Made by a program: the position numbers and the translations under genes
Notes under the pieces: model-generated
Told to the model about the DNA's origin: nothing
What the model saw: the letters and a program-made list of their open reading frames with translations, nothing else
The model's database searches: none
Assembly (NCBI GenBank): GCA_013001815.1
Contig: JABDLV010000141.1
Location: 1-48,073 of the forward strand
DNA length: 48,073 bases
From: Bacteroidia bacterium
GTDB taxonomy: Bacteria; Bacteroidota; Bacteroidia; AKYH767-A; OLB10
Direction of reading: 5' to 3'
In this document: positions 8,768 to 20,693 of the stretch, one piece after another
Position numbering within the stretch: position 1 is the first letter of the stretch
Layout: each line of letters opens with the position of its first letter

Positions 8768-11700
8768 CTATTTGAACAAGCTTTTTCTCAGCTCCTGAAT
8801 TCTCAAGCGAGATATTTTTAACTCAAATCTAATTTGTTCTCCAAAATTAACATTATTTGTGTCTAGTGACTTTTTGATATCATCTGACTTAGCCAAGGGG
8901 AAATATACTTTCAAAAAGTTTCCTAAATCCAAATACAATCCCGCATCATATAATATCTTCTCTTCATTGGCTAGCGTATTTCCTGCATTTTCAAATGTTC
9001 CAAAATCTGCAAAAGCCCCAATCAGTTTTAATCCCGGAAATGAAGCATTTAAATTTATTGCTGCCAACCAGTCTCTTGTTTGACCAATAATTGTTGGGAT
9101 TTTAAATGCACCATCATTTAAAACAGTTTGCTGAGACCACAATCCATCGGTCTCTGTTCTACCAAAAAATGCGTTGTCAAATGCATAGTCATTCTTGCCT
9201 TGCCATCCACTTAGTCTAAATCTATAATCGTTCAATTCTGAATCATCAAAAATAAATGCACCTGTAAATATTCTAAAGCCAAATTCACCGGGAGATTTCC
9301 CATAAGTGAAACTTTGCGAAAAAGTTGCACTTAATTTGCTATGCTCTTCACTAAATTCGGAGGAAAACAAAATTTCATATGGATCAAGCACTCGCTTATT
9401 AGAATAGTTATATGATAAATTATATAAGTGATTCCAAACATCAACCTCTTTATAAATGCCATTAATAACATCATAATTAAATTTATTCTTATGAATGCTC
9501 TTATTTTCTAGAACTAACGATTCGTTAATTGAGCTTCTAAATTTCTTTTTTCTAAAGTTGACTTCTACTGATGGATTTACTCTTAAATATTTTTGGTACT
9601 CAGTAGTTGGGTTACCTGCCTCCAATTCTAACTTATTCTTAGAATAATTAAAATAGTCCAACTCTGCATCTAAAACTACAGATTGAATCTTTGAAGATTT
9701 GAAAATAAAATTGTAATTGGTATATACCCTACCAATCAACTCATTCGAGCCAAACCCGTACATTGGGGTAATCACATATTCAAACTTTTTAGTTTGCAAA
9801 AAGCTATTATAGAAAGATGCACCTAAAGACATTTTATCATAATAATTGTAATCTATAGCTGGTGTATAAAATATGGTAGAACGATCAGACCTTTCCGGAT
9901 AGCCAATAAATTTGAAATTTATTTTATTCCATTTTTTAAATATTCCTTTTGTTCTTATGTGATTATCCTTTTCATTTATATCAATAGCTCCTTTATTGGC
10001 AATCATTATTCTATCTGCACTATCAATCAGCTTTATAACTAAAATAGAATCTCCTACGAAACCCTTAGCATATTCCTCATTCACAATTTTATCCTGGTGG
10101 TACTGAGTGATACTTACTGGAACACTCAAGTTTGAATTATTCTTAACTTTTACTATTGTCCGATCATCATATTTCTTAATCCCCTTAATTTTGTAATCAA
10201 CATCTTCCTTTGTATTTAATACATCCTTGAAAAACCAATCTAAATCTTCACCACTGGTGCGTTCAAATACTTTCTGCATGTCCTCAGGATAGGGATGTTT
10301 AAATTTATATTCGCTGTAATATTCCTTCATGCAATTATTAAATGCCTCTTCACCTAAATAATTCTTTAACTCGTACAACAAAGCACCCACCTTCATATAA
10401 ACGACTAACCCATAATTTGCCGAACCAAAATTATCTCCTCTCATATTTGCTTGTTGAGAATATCCACTGCTTCCAACTATGGTGTACAAATATTTGTACA
10501 ATTCCATGTAATTTAATCTGTCTGTATCAAACAATTTTGAAACAATGGGCACAGTACTCATCAAATTCTCATTCAAATTATCATTGGGGTACTTATCTCG
10601 CTTTATATAGTACGTTGCTTCATAATAAGTATTCACACCTTCATCCATCCAGGCATGCTCTCTTTCATTAGATCCAAGTATTCCATAAAACCAATTGTGC
10701 CCTACTTCATGAACAATTACTGTTTCTAAAACATTGGCTGCTCCGGAATTACCAATTACAGTAATGGTTGGATATTCCATACCTGCTCCAGCACTTAATG
10801 GAGCATGCACTGCAGTTACCACATCATAAGGATACTCACCAACATACCTAGAATAATGAATTACACCATCTTTCGCATACGTTGTTGCCTCTTTCCACAA
10901 ATCACGTTCTGTATCCGGAAAAAATGTCCAGGCCGTAATTTCTCTATCCGTTCCGGGCAATGCAAAAACTTCTTTTCCAACGTTAAAATCTTTAGAAGCG
11001 AACCAAGCAAAATCATGAACATTATCTTGAATGTAAGTCAGTGTTTTAAATTCTGAATTGTCTTTCTTAATAAATGTGCTCTTCTCTGATTTGTTTGCAA
11101 TAAGATTTAACCATTCTAATTCATCCGTGTTTTGCAAAACACCGGTTGCTGCAACAATATATTTACTAGGAACCGTTATGTTCACAGTAAATTTTCCAAA
11201 TTCACTAAAAAACTCACCTTGATTTAAATATGGATAGGCATGCCATCCTTTTTTATCATATACAGCCGGCTTTGGATACCATTGTGTTAATTGAAATGAT
11301 TCATTTTTTTGCCCCAATCTTGAAAACTTTGACGATGGTATTTTAACCATAAATGGAGTAGTTATAGTCACTTTTTCTCCTGGAGGTAAAGGTTCTGGCA
11401 GTATTAATTTTGCGATATCAATGTGCTTATTATCTAATTCATGTGAAGCATTGGCTCCGCCCACTTTAAAACTTATGCCATCAATATATCCTCTCTCCAC
11501 TTCTGTTGCAAAATACAAACTGGTATTTCCTTCTTCTAATAACTGTTGTGTTAATGCACTACTTCTATCTCTATAAGCATTCGGCCATAAGTGAAAATAT
11601 AATTCATTCAGTTCAACTTTTGAATTATTCGTATAGACTAATGTCATGTCAGCATTGATGACATTATCAACATCATTTAATTTTACATTAATTGTGTAAT

Positions 11701-11797
11701 CTACGTGCTGCTGCCAATAATCATCTTGTGCAATTATTGAAGTAGAAAAAAGAAGTGCGAGAAATAGAAAGGATGTTTTTTTAAATGAATAAAACAT
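8768..11797 (-). CDS. Exported M1 family zinc aminopeptidase with long C-terminal extension
   Basis: Signal peptide; YWQQ start, GMEYP exopeptidase motif, HEVGHNW...WMDEG (HExxH-x18-E), YMKVG. Confidence 0.88.
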   Translation of the reverse strand: MFYSFKKTSFLFLALLFSTSIIAQDDYWQQHVDYTINVKLNDVDNVINADMTLVYTNNSKVELNELYFHLWPNAYRDRSSALTQQLLEEGNTSLYFATEVERGYIDGISFKVGGANASHELDNKHIDIAKLILPEPLPPGEKVTITTPFMVKIPSSKFSRLGQKNESFQLTQWYPKPAVYDKKGWHAYPYLNQGEFFSEFGKFTVNITVPSKYIVAATGVLQNTDELEWLNLIANKSEKSTFIKKDNSEFKTLTYIQDNVHDFAWFASKDFNVGKEVFALPGTDREITAWTFFPDTERDLWKEATTYAKDGVIHYSRYVGEYPYDVVTAVHAPLSAGAGMEYPTITVIGNSGAANVLETVIVHEVGHNWFYGILGSNEREHAWMDEGVNTYYEATYYIKRDKYPNDNLNENLMSTVPIVSKLFDTDRLNYMELYKYLYTIVGSSGYSQQANMRGDNFGSANYGLVVYMKVGALLYELKNYLGEEAFNNCMKEYYSEYKFKHPYPEDMQKVFERTSGEDLDWFFKDVLNTKEDVDYKIKGIKKYDDRTIVKVKNNSNLSVPVSITQYHQDKIVNEEYAKGFVGDSILVIKLIDSADRIMIANKGAIDINEKDNHIRTKGIFKKWNKINFKFIGYPERSDRSTIFYTPAIDYNYYDKMSLGASFYNSFLQTKKFEYVITPMYGFGSNELIGRVYTNYNFIFKSSKIQSVVLDAELDYFNYSKNKLELEAGNPTTEYQKYLRVNPSVEVNFRKKKFRSSINESLVLENKSIHKNKFNYDVINGIYKEVDVWNHLYNLSYNYSNKRVLDPYEILFSSEFSEEHSKLSATFSQSFTYGKSPGEFGFRIFTGAFIFDDSELNDYRFRLSGWQGKNDYAFDNAFFGRTETDGLWSQQTVLNDGAFKIPTIIGQTRDWLAAINLNASFPGLKLIGAFADFGTFENAGNTLANEEKILYDAGLYLDLGNFLKVYFPLAKSDDIKKSLDTNNVNFGEQIRFELKISRLRIQELRKSLFK

Positions 11798-11802
11798 AAA
11801 AG

Positions 11803-13254
11803 TTATTTTTCAAGTGCATCTTTAACCAACTTATTGGCAATTTTAGGGTCAGCCTTTCCTTTAGAAAGTTTCATAACCTCACCCATAAACAAACCAATGA
11901 GTCCCTTTTTTCCATTTTTATATTCCTCCACTTTGTCAGGAAATTTTGAAATAGCTTGATTCACAAAATCGTTCAATGCACTTTCATCACTTTCTTGAAT
12001 AAGATTCATCTCTTGTGCCAACTCTAACGGATTCTTGCTTTGTTTTTTTATTAGCTCCGGGAATAGTTTTTGTGATGCAACACTAGAACTTACTTTATTG
12101 CCCTCTACCAGTTCTATTAATTCTGAAATGGCGTTAGATGTAATTGGCACTTCACCAACATGCACTCCGTTCTCATTCGCGTAAGACTTAATTGGACCCA
12201 TAATCCAATTCGCTGCAGCCTTATAATTGCTTGTATAATTTAATATTGACTCAAATAGCTCAACGGTTTCCTTACTTTCTGTAATTAAAGCAGAGTCATA
12301 TTCACTCAAGGCATATTCTGAAATATACTTTTTATACAGTTCGTTTGGCAATGCGGGCATCTCAGATTTAATGCTATCAATAAACTCATCACTTAAAACA
12401 ACTGGAGCCAAATCCGGCTCTGGAAAATAACGATAATCATTGGCTGCCTCCTTTGAACGCATGGCAGTGGTAGTACCAGTTCCCGCATCGAAATTTCTTG
12501 TTTGCTGTTCTAGTGTTCCACCCTCATTTAAAACATCAATTTGCCTTACAATTTCATGTTCTATGGCACGCTGCACGTTTCGCATGGAGTTCATGTTCTT
12601 CACCTCTACCTTTGTGCCTAATTCCTTTTGGCCCTTTGGTCTTACAGAAATGTTTGCATCACAACGCAAACTCCCTTCTTCCATATTTCCGTCACAAATA
12701 CCCAAGTATCTCACCAGCTTTCTAACCTCCATTAAATACTGATACGCCTCTTCAGAATTTTCTATTTCAGGTTCTGAAACCATTTCTAATAATGGAACAC
12801 CCGCTCTATTTAAATCTACCAGTGTATTAAATGGATCTAAATCATGTATGCTTTTACCCGCATCTTCCTCCATGTGAATTCGGGTTAGGTTTATATTTTT
12901 TTCTGCACCATTCGCTTTAATGGTGATGTGTCCTTCAGTGCAAATTGGAGTAGTGTCTTGTGTAATTTGATACCCCTTAGGTAAATCAGGATAAAAATAA
13001 TTCTTACGTGCAAATTCATTGTGCCTTCTAATTTTAGCATCAACCGCCAATCCCAATTTTACGGCAGATTCAATTGTACCTTTATTCACAACAGGTAGCG
13101 TACCCGGATGACCAAGTGTAATGGGACTTATATAGCTGTTAGGTGAACCACCATATGCAGCATTATCTGATGAATAAGCTTTGCTATTAGTCGAAAGTTG
13201 AATATGAACTTCTAATCCAATAGTTGCTACGTAATCTATTTTTGATTCAGTCAT
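11803..13254 (-). CDS. gatB: Asp-tRNA(Asn)/Glu-tRNA(Gln) amidotransferase subunit B
   Basis: IGLEVH, RKNYFYPDLPKGYQITQ, HMEEDAGK, LRCDANIS, DYRYFPEPDL, C-terminal Yqey-like domain. Confidence 0.97.
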   Translation of the reverse strand: MTESKIDYVATIGLEVHIQLSTNSKAYSSDNAAYGGSPNSYISPITLGHPGTLPVVNKGTIESAVKLGLAVDAKIRRHNEFARKNYFYPDLPKGYQITQDTTPICTEGHITIKANGAEKNINLTRIHMEEDAGKSIHDLDPFNTLVDLNRAGVPLLEMVSEPEIENSEEAYQYLMEVRKLVRYLGICDGNMEEGSLRCDANISVRPKGQKELGTKVEVKNMNSMRNVQRAIEHEIVRQIDVLNEGGTLEQQTRNFDAGTGTTTAMRSKEAANDYRYFPEPDLAPVVLSDEFIDSIKSEMPALPNELYKKYISEYALSEYDSALITESKETVELFESILNYTSNYKAAANWIMGPIKSYANENGVHVGEVPITSNAISELIELVEGNKVSSSVASQKLFPELIKKQSKNPLELAQEMNLIQESDESALNDFVNQAISKFPDKVEEYKNGKKGLIGLFMGEVMKLSKGKADPKIANKLVKDALEK

Positions 13255-14237
13255 TAAAACGAGGGCATTACCGGCTTATTATCTAAAATTTTGTCAATGT
13301 TAGCCATCACTTTTTCAGTAAGTAAATCACAAACATCTATTGCTCTAATATTTTCTTTGAGCTGACTAATTTTTGAAGCACCCAATATTACAGTACTTAC
13401 GTTTTGGTTTTTTAAGCACCAGGCAATGGCCAACTGTGCAATTGAGATTCCTAACTTATCTGCTAAATATGAAAGCTTTTTTACTTTTAACAATCTGTTT
13501 TTAGTTATGGAATTATCTTTCAGCCAATCAAGTCCTTCAATACTTAAACGAGAGTTTTTGGGAATTCCACTATTGTATTTGCCGGTTAGCACACCACTTG
13601 CCAAAGGAGACCATATTGTTGTTCCTAATCCTACTGTTCTGTATATATCAGAATAATCTCGCTCAACTCTTACGCGCTCAAACATGTTATACTGTGGCTG
13701 TTCCATTACCGGACCAATTAACCCATTCGCTGATGCTACTCTGTGTGCTTCCATAATTTCTACTGCACTCCACTCACTTGTTCCCCAATACAATATTTTA
13801 CCTTGCTCAACCAAATTATGCATAGCCCAAACTGTTTCTTCAATTGGTACATTTTTATCCGGTCGATGGCAATAAAATAAATCTAAATAATCTAATTGAA
13901 ATCTTTTCAATGCTCCATTGCATCCTTCCACTATGTGTTTTCTACTTAAGCCACTTTGATTTGGTTTTGGATCTCCCAAACCAAAAAATACTTTGCTACT
14001 AACCAGGTAAGAACTTCTGTCCCATTTTTTCTTTTTTAAAATCTTACCCATTAAGGTTTCACTTTTTCCACGCGCGTATATTTCCGCGTTGTCAAAAAAG
14101 TTTACTCCCTGATCGTAAGCAAAAGTCATTAATTTATCTGCACCGACTGCATCTACTTTTTTATGAAAAGTTAACCAACTTCCAAACGATAATGCGCTAA
14201 CCTGCAGCCCTGATTTTCCTAATCTTCTATACTCCAT
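13254..14237 (-). CDS. Aldo/keto reductase, Kv-channel beta subunit-like
   Basis: GLQVSALSFGSW, FDNAEIY, YWGTSEWS, WSPLASGVLTGKY; TAATG overlap with gatB. Confidence 0.9.
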   Translation of the reverse strand: MEYRRLGKSGLQVSALSFGSWLTFHKKVDAVGADKLMTFAYDQGVNFFDNAEIYARGKSETLMGKILKKKKWDRSSYLVSSKVFFGLGDPKPNQSGLSRKHIVEGCNGALKRFQLDYLDLFYCHRPDKNVPIEETVWAMHNLVEQGKILYWGTSEWSAVEIMEAHRVASANGLIGPVMEQPQYNMFERVRVERDYSDIYRTVGLGTTIWSPLASGVLTGKYNSGIPKNSRLSIEGLDWLKDNSITKNRLLKVKKLSYLADKLGISIAQLAIAWCLKNQNVSTVILGASKISQLKENIRAIDVCDLLTEKVMANIDKILDNKPVMPSF

Positions 14238-14269
14238 TATTACTATTAAATATTATGGCCATAAAGGTA

Positions 14270-14833
14270 TTAAAGTAATTCTTTTCTTCTGTAACAGCTG
14301 GTAATATGGTCGTTTACCATGCCGGAAGCCTGCATAAAAGCATAGCAAATAGTAGACCCGACAAATTTAAAACCTAACTTTTTCAATTCCTTACTCATTG
14401 CATCAGATTGCTTTGATGTAGCCGGCATTTGAATCATATTTTTCCACTTGTTTACTATGGGCTCGCCATCTACAAATTGCCAAATATATTTATCGAAAGT
14501 ACCATGTTCGGCTTTTACCTCTAAGAATAATTGAGCATTGGTAATTGCACTATTAACTTTCAATTTATTTCTAATAATACCCGCATCTTGCAACAAGGAG
14601 TTTACTTTCTTTTGATTGTATTTCGATATCTTTTTTGCATCAAAATTATCAAAGGCCTTTTTGAAATTTTGACGCTTCTGTAAAATAGTATTCCAACTTA
14701 AGCCAGCTTGAAAAGAATCCAGTAATAAATATTCAAACAATTTTTTATCATTATGGTTGGGTACTCCCCATTCCTTATCATGATATTTAATCATTAGGTC
14801 ATTCCCCAAACACCAGTCACACCTTTTTATCAT
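14270..14833 (-). CDS. tag: DNA-3-methyladenine glycosylase I
   Basis: RCDW, YHDKEWG, FQAGLSW, IIRNKLK, GFKFVG, VNDH...C. Confidence 0.95.
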   Translation of the reverse strand: MIKRCDWCLGNDLMIKYHDKEWGVPNHNDKKLFEYLLLDSFQAGLSWNTILQKRQNFKKAFDNFDAKKISKYNQKKVNSLLQDAGIIRNKLKVNSAITNAQLFLEVKAEHGTFDKYIWQFVDGEPIVNKWKNMIQMPATSKQSDAMSKELKKLGFKFVGSTICYAFMQASGMVNDHITSCYRRKELL

Positions 14834-15563
14834 ATTCACTTAATTTGTTTAGCATAATATTTCTCACTTTGCTTTTTAACTCTTCCATGTTTTCTTCCGT
14901 TAACCCTTTGGTCTCAATAGGCTCACTCCATGTAGCCTTTACAGTACCGGGATACAATTTGAATGGTTCTTTTGGTTTTAAAAACTCACCGGAATTTAAA
15001 ACAGTAATCACCGCAATTGGAGTTTGACTCATTATGGCTAACCTAAATGCTCCATTATGAAATGGCAATAAAGGTTTGTCCGTTTTGTTTCGTCTTCCTT
15101 CCGGAGCAATAAACAATGACACACCATTTCGCAATGTGCTCGCCATTCTTTCCATACTTCTTTTTCTGTCCTCCGGACTATCTCTTTTAACAGCTACATA
15201 AATTCGCTTAAGAACGTATCCGAACACCGGTAATTTCATCATTTCTTCTTTTGATAAAAATTTTAAAGTGTTTTGGCAAGCCATTGTCCAACAAGGCACA
15301 TCTAGTAATGATTGATGATTAGCCACAAAAACATATGTTCTTTTGGGGTCAATGAAATTCTTATTGCTGATTTTCATCTTAACAAAAATAAACGCCATAG
15401 CAGTTCTTGCCCAGTATTGAGATACTCTATGTGCATTTCGCGACAAGTTTTTCTTTGATGATAAGTTTATCACTAAAAAATAAAACACGAATGCCAGAAG
15501 TCCAATTAAACCAAAAGCAATTGCACAATAAATTCTGTATATAAAAAGGAATACTTGCTTCAT
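14817..15563 (-). CDS. plsC: 1-acyl-sn-glycerol-3-phosphate acyltransferase (PlsC family)
   Basis: NHQSLLD (HX4D), PEGRR, GAFRLA; N-terminal transmembrane helix. Confidence 0.85.
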   Translation of the reverse strand: MKQVFLFIYRIYCAIAFGLIGLLAFVFYFLVINLSSKKNLSRNAHRVSQYWARTAMAFIFVKMKISNKNFIDPKRTYVFVANHQSLLDVPCWTMACQNTLKFLSKEEMMKLPVFGYVLKRIYVAVKRDSPEDRKRSMERMASTLRNGVSLFIAPEGRRNKTDKPLLPFHNGAFRLAIMSQTPIAVITVLNSGEFLKPKEPFKLYPGTVKATWSEPIETKGLTEENMEELKSKVRNIMLNKLSEYDKKV

Positions 15564-15711
15564 TAAATTCTGCCGCAGAATTTTAATACATTGAATTACA
15601 ATATATGAATAATTCGGTTTTGAAATGTGTAATACATGTTCCTTGAGAATACTAATTGTTGTTAATTACCAGCACCTAGCTGCTCCAATATTTTCTCAAA
15701 TTAATTACATT

Positions 15712-15719
15712 TACATTCG
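15712..15719 (+). promoter_or_regulatory. Putative -7 promoter element variant (TACATTCG) upstream of eno
   Basis: One mismatch to TAnnTTTG; the same octamer lies upstream of gltA. Confidence 0.45.
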
Positions 15720-15733
15720 ATTAAAAATATTAA

Positions 15734-17038
<1,305 letters not shown>

Positions 17039-17060
17039 CCCCGATATTCTTTTACTAAAA

Positions 17061-17306
17061 ATGGAAGAAAAAAATTCTAATCATTCTGAGGAGCAGGCTT
17101 TAAGCGAAGAAGAAAGAAGAGCTTTACGTAAAGAGAAGCGCAAAGAGTTCTATCGCAAAAAAAGAAAAAGTAAAAGGAAAAGAAAAAAGGCCAGAAAACT
17201 TTTGGAAACAGTAGGCTGGACATTGATAATTATTGCTTTTGTTGTAACCATATTTGTTTTAATGAATGAGCTGGAATTAGTGGGTATGGGTAAGAAAAAA
17301 CGCTAA
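17061..17306 (+). CDS. Small basic single-pass membrane protein, hypothetical (81 aa)
   Basis: ATG after an A-rich leader (ACTAAAA), 22 nt after the eno stop; acidic then Lys/Arg-rich segment, one hydrophobic helix, GKKKR tail; fills the eno-gltA gap. Confidence 0.65.
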   Translation: MEEKNSNHSEEQALSEEERRALRKEKRKEFYRKKRKSKRKRKKARKLLETVGWTLIIIAFVVTIFVLMNELELVGMGKKKR

Positions 17307-17361
17307 CATTCCAGGGTTCATATTCCAATTAAATGTTCTTGAATAATTGCGTGCAAATAGT

Positions 17362-17369
17362 TACATTCG
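17362..17369 (+). promoter_or_regulatory. Putative -7 promoter element variant (TACATTCG) upstream of gltA
   Basis: One mismatch to TAnnTTTG, 44 nt before the ATG; identical to the eno element. Confidence 0.45.
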
Positions 17370-17413
17370 CCTTAGACCATAATTATTGCTAAACTCTCTT
17401 TTTTATATTCAAA

Positions 17414-18733
17414 ATGATAGAACAACTCAAAGAAAAATTCGCAGCAAAGGCTTTACCCCTTAGGGATGAAATTAAAGCATTAGTTAAAGCCAATGGAACG
17501 CATGTTTTGGGTGAATATACCGTTGCTAATATTTACAGCGGAATGAAGGGTATAGTTAGCATGGTTACAGAAACTTCTAAACTTGACCCGGAAGAAGGAA
17601 TACGGTTTAGAGGCTATACCATTCCAGAGTTAAAAGAGAAGTTACCAAAGGCCCCGGGTGGCAAAGAGCCATTACCCGAAGGATTATTCTATTTATTGCT
17701 TCTAGGAGAATTACCATCTGAAGAAGATGTGAAGGCGCTTAGTAAAGAATTTGCAAAACGTGGTGAATTGCCGGCTAGTGCAAAAAATGCCTTAGATAGC
17801 TTGCCAATTGAAACACACCCTATGACTCAATTGAGCATCGGCTTATTGGCATGCCAACAAGACAGTGTTTTTGCCCAAGAATACCGTAAGGGTATGAACA
17901 AGAAGGATTATTGGGAATCTACATTTGAAGATGTTATCAATGTAATTGCCAGAATGCCAAGAATAGCAGCTTACATATACAGAAGAACATACAAAAATAA
18001 TGAGCACATTGATGCCAATCCTGATTTAGATTTAGCAGGTAATTTTGCTCACATGTTAGGTTATAGTGATGATGAATTCAAAAGTTTAATGAGAATTTAT
18101 CTGACCATACATGCTGACCATGAAGGTGGAAATGTTTCTGCGCATACAACCCATTTAGTTGGCTCTGCTTTGAGCGATGCATATCTTTCTCTTTCTGCAG
18201 GATTGAATGGCTTAGCCGGACCATTGCATGGCCTGGCAAATCAAGAGGTGGTTAGATGGATAATGGAATTAAAGAAAAACGTTGGTTCCGACCCTAGCAC
18301 AGAAGACATTAGAAAATACCTTCAAAAAACCTTAGATGAAGGAAAAGTAATTCCGGGTTACGGACATGCTGTGTTAAGAAAGACTGATCCGAGATACATG
18401 GCACAAAGAGAATTTGCATTAGAGTATATGCCAGATGATGAGAACTTTAAAATTGTAGGTAAAATATATGATGTTGCTCCTGATGTTTTAAGAGCTACGG
18501 GAAAAGTAAAAAATCCATGGCCTAATGTAGATGCACATTCGGGTGTATTGTTAATTCATTACGGATTGGTGGAATCTGATTTCTATACAGTTTTATTTGG
18601 TGTTTCCAGGGCTATTGGAGTTTTAACTTCTTTACTTTGGGATAGAGCCTTGCTTGCTCCAATTGAAAGACCTAAGTCTGTAACTACAGAGTGGGTTAAA
18701 TCTCAGGTTACGCAAGAGCCACAACTAAACTAG
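17414..18733 (+). CDS. gltA: Citrate (Si)-synthase, eukaryote-type
   Basis: [79 protein letters not shown]. Confidence 0.95.
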   Translation: MIEQLKEKFAAKALPLRDEIKALVKANGTHVLGEYTVANIYSGMKGIVSMVTETSKLDPEEGIRFRGYTIPELKEKLPKAPGGKEPLPEGLFYLLLLGELPSEEDVKALSKEFAKRGELPASAKNALDSLPIETHPMTQLSIGLLACQQDSVFAQEYRKGMNKKDYWESTFEDVINVIARMPRIAAYIYRRTYKNNEHIDANPDLDLAGNFAHMLGYSDDEFKSLMRIYLTIHADHEGGNVSAHTTHLVGSALSDAYLSLSAGLNGLAGPLHGLANQEVVRWIMELKKNVGSDPSTEDIRKYLQKTLDEGKVIPGYGHAVLRKTDPRYMAQREFALEYMPDDENFKIVGKIYDVAPDVLRATGKVKNPWPNVDAHSGVLLIHYGLVESDFYTVLFGVSRAIGVLTSLLWDRALLAPIERPKSVTTEWVKSQVTQEPQLN

Positions 18734-18735
18734 AA

Positions 18736-20658
18736 TTATCTTTTAGTAAACCTCACCTGCAAATTATCCATATATAATTTGTGATTACCGGGTTTCCAAA
18801 CATAAATCTTTAGTTCTTCTAAACCCTTCAATTTATTTGGTACAGGATAAGACAAGTAAACCTTTGTCCATTTACCGGGCTCTGTAATAAAGGTTTTAAA
18901 TTTTGTAGAACGCCAAAAAACAGATTTGCCATTTGCTTCAATACTATAAACCAAATCAGCATTAAGGTCTGTTGTATCTTCAACCATTGCCCATAATTCG
19001 CACTGAACAAATACATCTTTTTCTTTGGTGATTTTATTCCAAATGCTTTTAAATGTAGGGCCAAATTCATTTAAGGTATCCATTAATGCAGAGCTTGAAC
19101 CATCATACACTACATCATTAATGATTGAATACTCTCCTTTCAATTCTTTTTCTCCCTCAAAATTATACTCTTTATTATAAAGCGGTTTCTTCAGTTCAAA
19201 TAATGCATCAGTAGTTTTTGAATACAACACCAGGCCTGAATTAAAAAAAGTGTCTCTGCTAACAACAGACGGATATTTACTTGTAATTATTTGCTCTACA
19301 ATTGGTGGATTATTAATTGTTGACCATGCATGCAGAAAGTGAGTAGTATTGCTTGCATCCACTATGCTAGTAAGCTCCTTGTAATGTTTTGGCTCACTTA
19401 TTTTATGCATTTTATAATCCAAATCACTACCTAATTTTTCCATGTAATAATCAATATAAAATGGCGAATGAATATTTATCGTTCTGGTAACATTATCTGC
19501 ACCTAACTCATCACTATAAGAAATTGTTTTTTTGGCTAATGCTCTAAACTCTCCAAAATGCTGTTTATTATAATAGTTGTTTTCTAATATGGTGCTCCCT
19601 AACAATGTCAATGCAAGCACACTCAGCACAATCAAATTCTTTTTATTGAAAACATCTGAAGGAATAAATGAAAACAAGAAGACTAGTAAGAACGGGAAAG
19701 CAAAAAGCAAGATTGAGAATTGCATAACCGGATTTTTAAATATAGAATAATAAAAACCGGTAAAATATAATACAATGAACCAGCAAATTGCAATAGCATG
19801 AAACTTATTCAACTCTAGTGTCTTTCTAAATTTTACAAAAGAGCCAATCAATATTCCAAAAGACAATAAGAAGATTAAGTCTGATTGATTAAATGCATAG
19901 AATAAATACGAACCCAAATAACCTCTTTGAGGTGCCGGCAGCCAACCACCCTCACCACCTACTCCACCTATTTTTAAATGGCCAATAAAAATATTTGCAT
20001 GAGGTAAAAAACCAACAAGCACTGCTATGCCCAACAGCAAATAATTAAACACAGACGTTCTTTTAAAGAAGAAAAAACCGGTTAAGTAAATGATAAGACA
20101 CATTAATCCGGCAAAGTAATGGCTGTATACACAACCCAAAGCAGAAAGCACAAACCCTATTAGCAATAATATTTTTCTCTTTTTATTGTATAAATAGAAA
20201 TCCGGTTTAAATAAATAAATAGTCCAAATAAGTGCAAACAACAAAACGAAAAACAATCCGGGCGAATAAGGCCTGGCTATTTGACTATATAATATTGGAT
20301 ACTGCAAAATGGCAAAAGACAGCGAAGTAAACATTGCAGTATTCGTATTGAACCAAATCTTAGCCAGAAAATATATTAGTGCAACACTCCCTATTCCAAA
20401 TAAAGCAAATGGCAATCGCACTGAAAATTCTCCGTTTCCAAAAATTGCTGTCCAAAAATAAAGCAATAACTGAACACCGGCCGGATGTCCATCAGGCTTA
20501 ATTCCCTTATCGATAACTTCACTAACAGAATTAAACTCTAATCTTGCTAACGCACTTAACTCATCATTTGACAACGAAAATCCTGTCAAAAGAATTAACC
20601 TGAGTGCTGCACCGATAAAAAGTATTAGCCCAAAAAGAATTAAATGCTTCTTATTCAT
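18736..20658 (-). CDS. GT-C fold membrane glycosyltransferase (PMT_2/ArnT/GT39-like) with soluble C-terminal domain
   Basis: SLSNDE after TM1, DGHP, SVRLP, YSQIARPY, YSHY; about 10 hydrophobic helices followed by a soluble region. Confidence 0.82.
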   Translation of the reverse strand: MNKKHLILFGLILFIGAALRLILLTGFSLSNDELSALARLEFNSVSEVIDKGIKPDGHPAGVQLLLYFWTAIFGNGEFSVRLPFALFGIGSVALIYFLAKIWFNTNTAMFTSLSFAILQYPILYSQIARPYSPGLFFVLLFALIWTIYLFKPDFYLYNKKRKILLLIGFVLSALGCVYSHYFAGLMCLIIYLTGFFFFKRTSVFNYLLLGIAVLVGFLPHANIFIGHLKIGGVGGEGGWLPAPQRGYLGSYLFYAFNQSDLIFLLSFGILIGSFVKFRKTLELNKFHAIAICWFIVLYFTGFYYSIFKNPVMQFSILLFAFPFLLVFLFSFIPSDVFNKKNLIVLSVLALTLLGSTILENNYYNKQHFGEFRALAKKTISYSDELGADNVTRTINIHSPFYIDYYMEKLGSDLDYKMHKISEPKHYKELTSIVDASNTTHFLHAWSTINNPPIVEQIITSKYPSVVSRDTFFNSGLVLYSKTTDALFELKKPLYNKEYNFEGEKELKGEYSIINDVVYDGSSSALMDTLNEFGPTFKSIWNKITKEKDVFVQCELWAMVEDTTDLNADLVYSIEANGKSVFWRSTKFKTFITEPGKWTKVYLSYPVPNKLKGLEELKIYVWKPGNHKLYMDNLQVRFTKR

Positions 20659-20693
20659 AAATTAAGTTAAACAGAAATAAATTGAGGTCTAAT

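Noticed and set aside
11803-13254. gatB without adjacent gatA/gatC
   Set aside because: Split gat genes are not unusual, and the others may lie outside the window.
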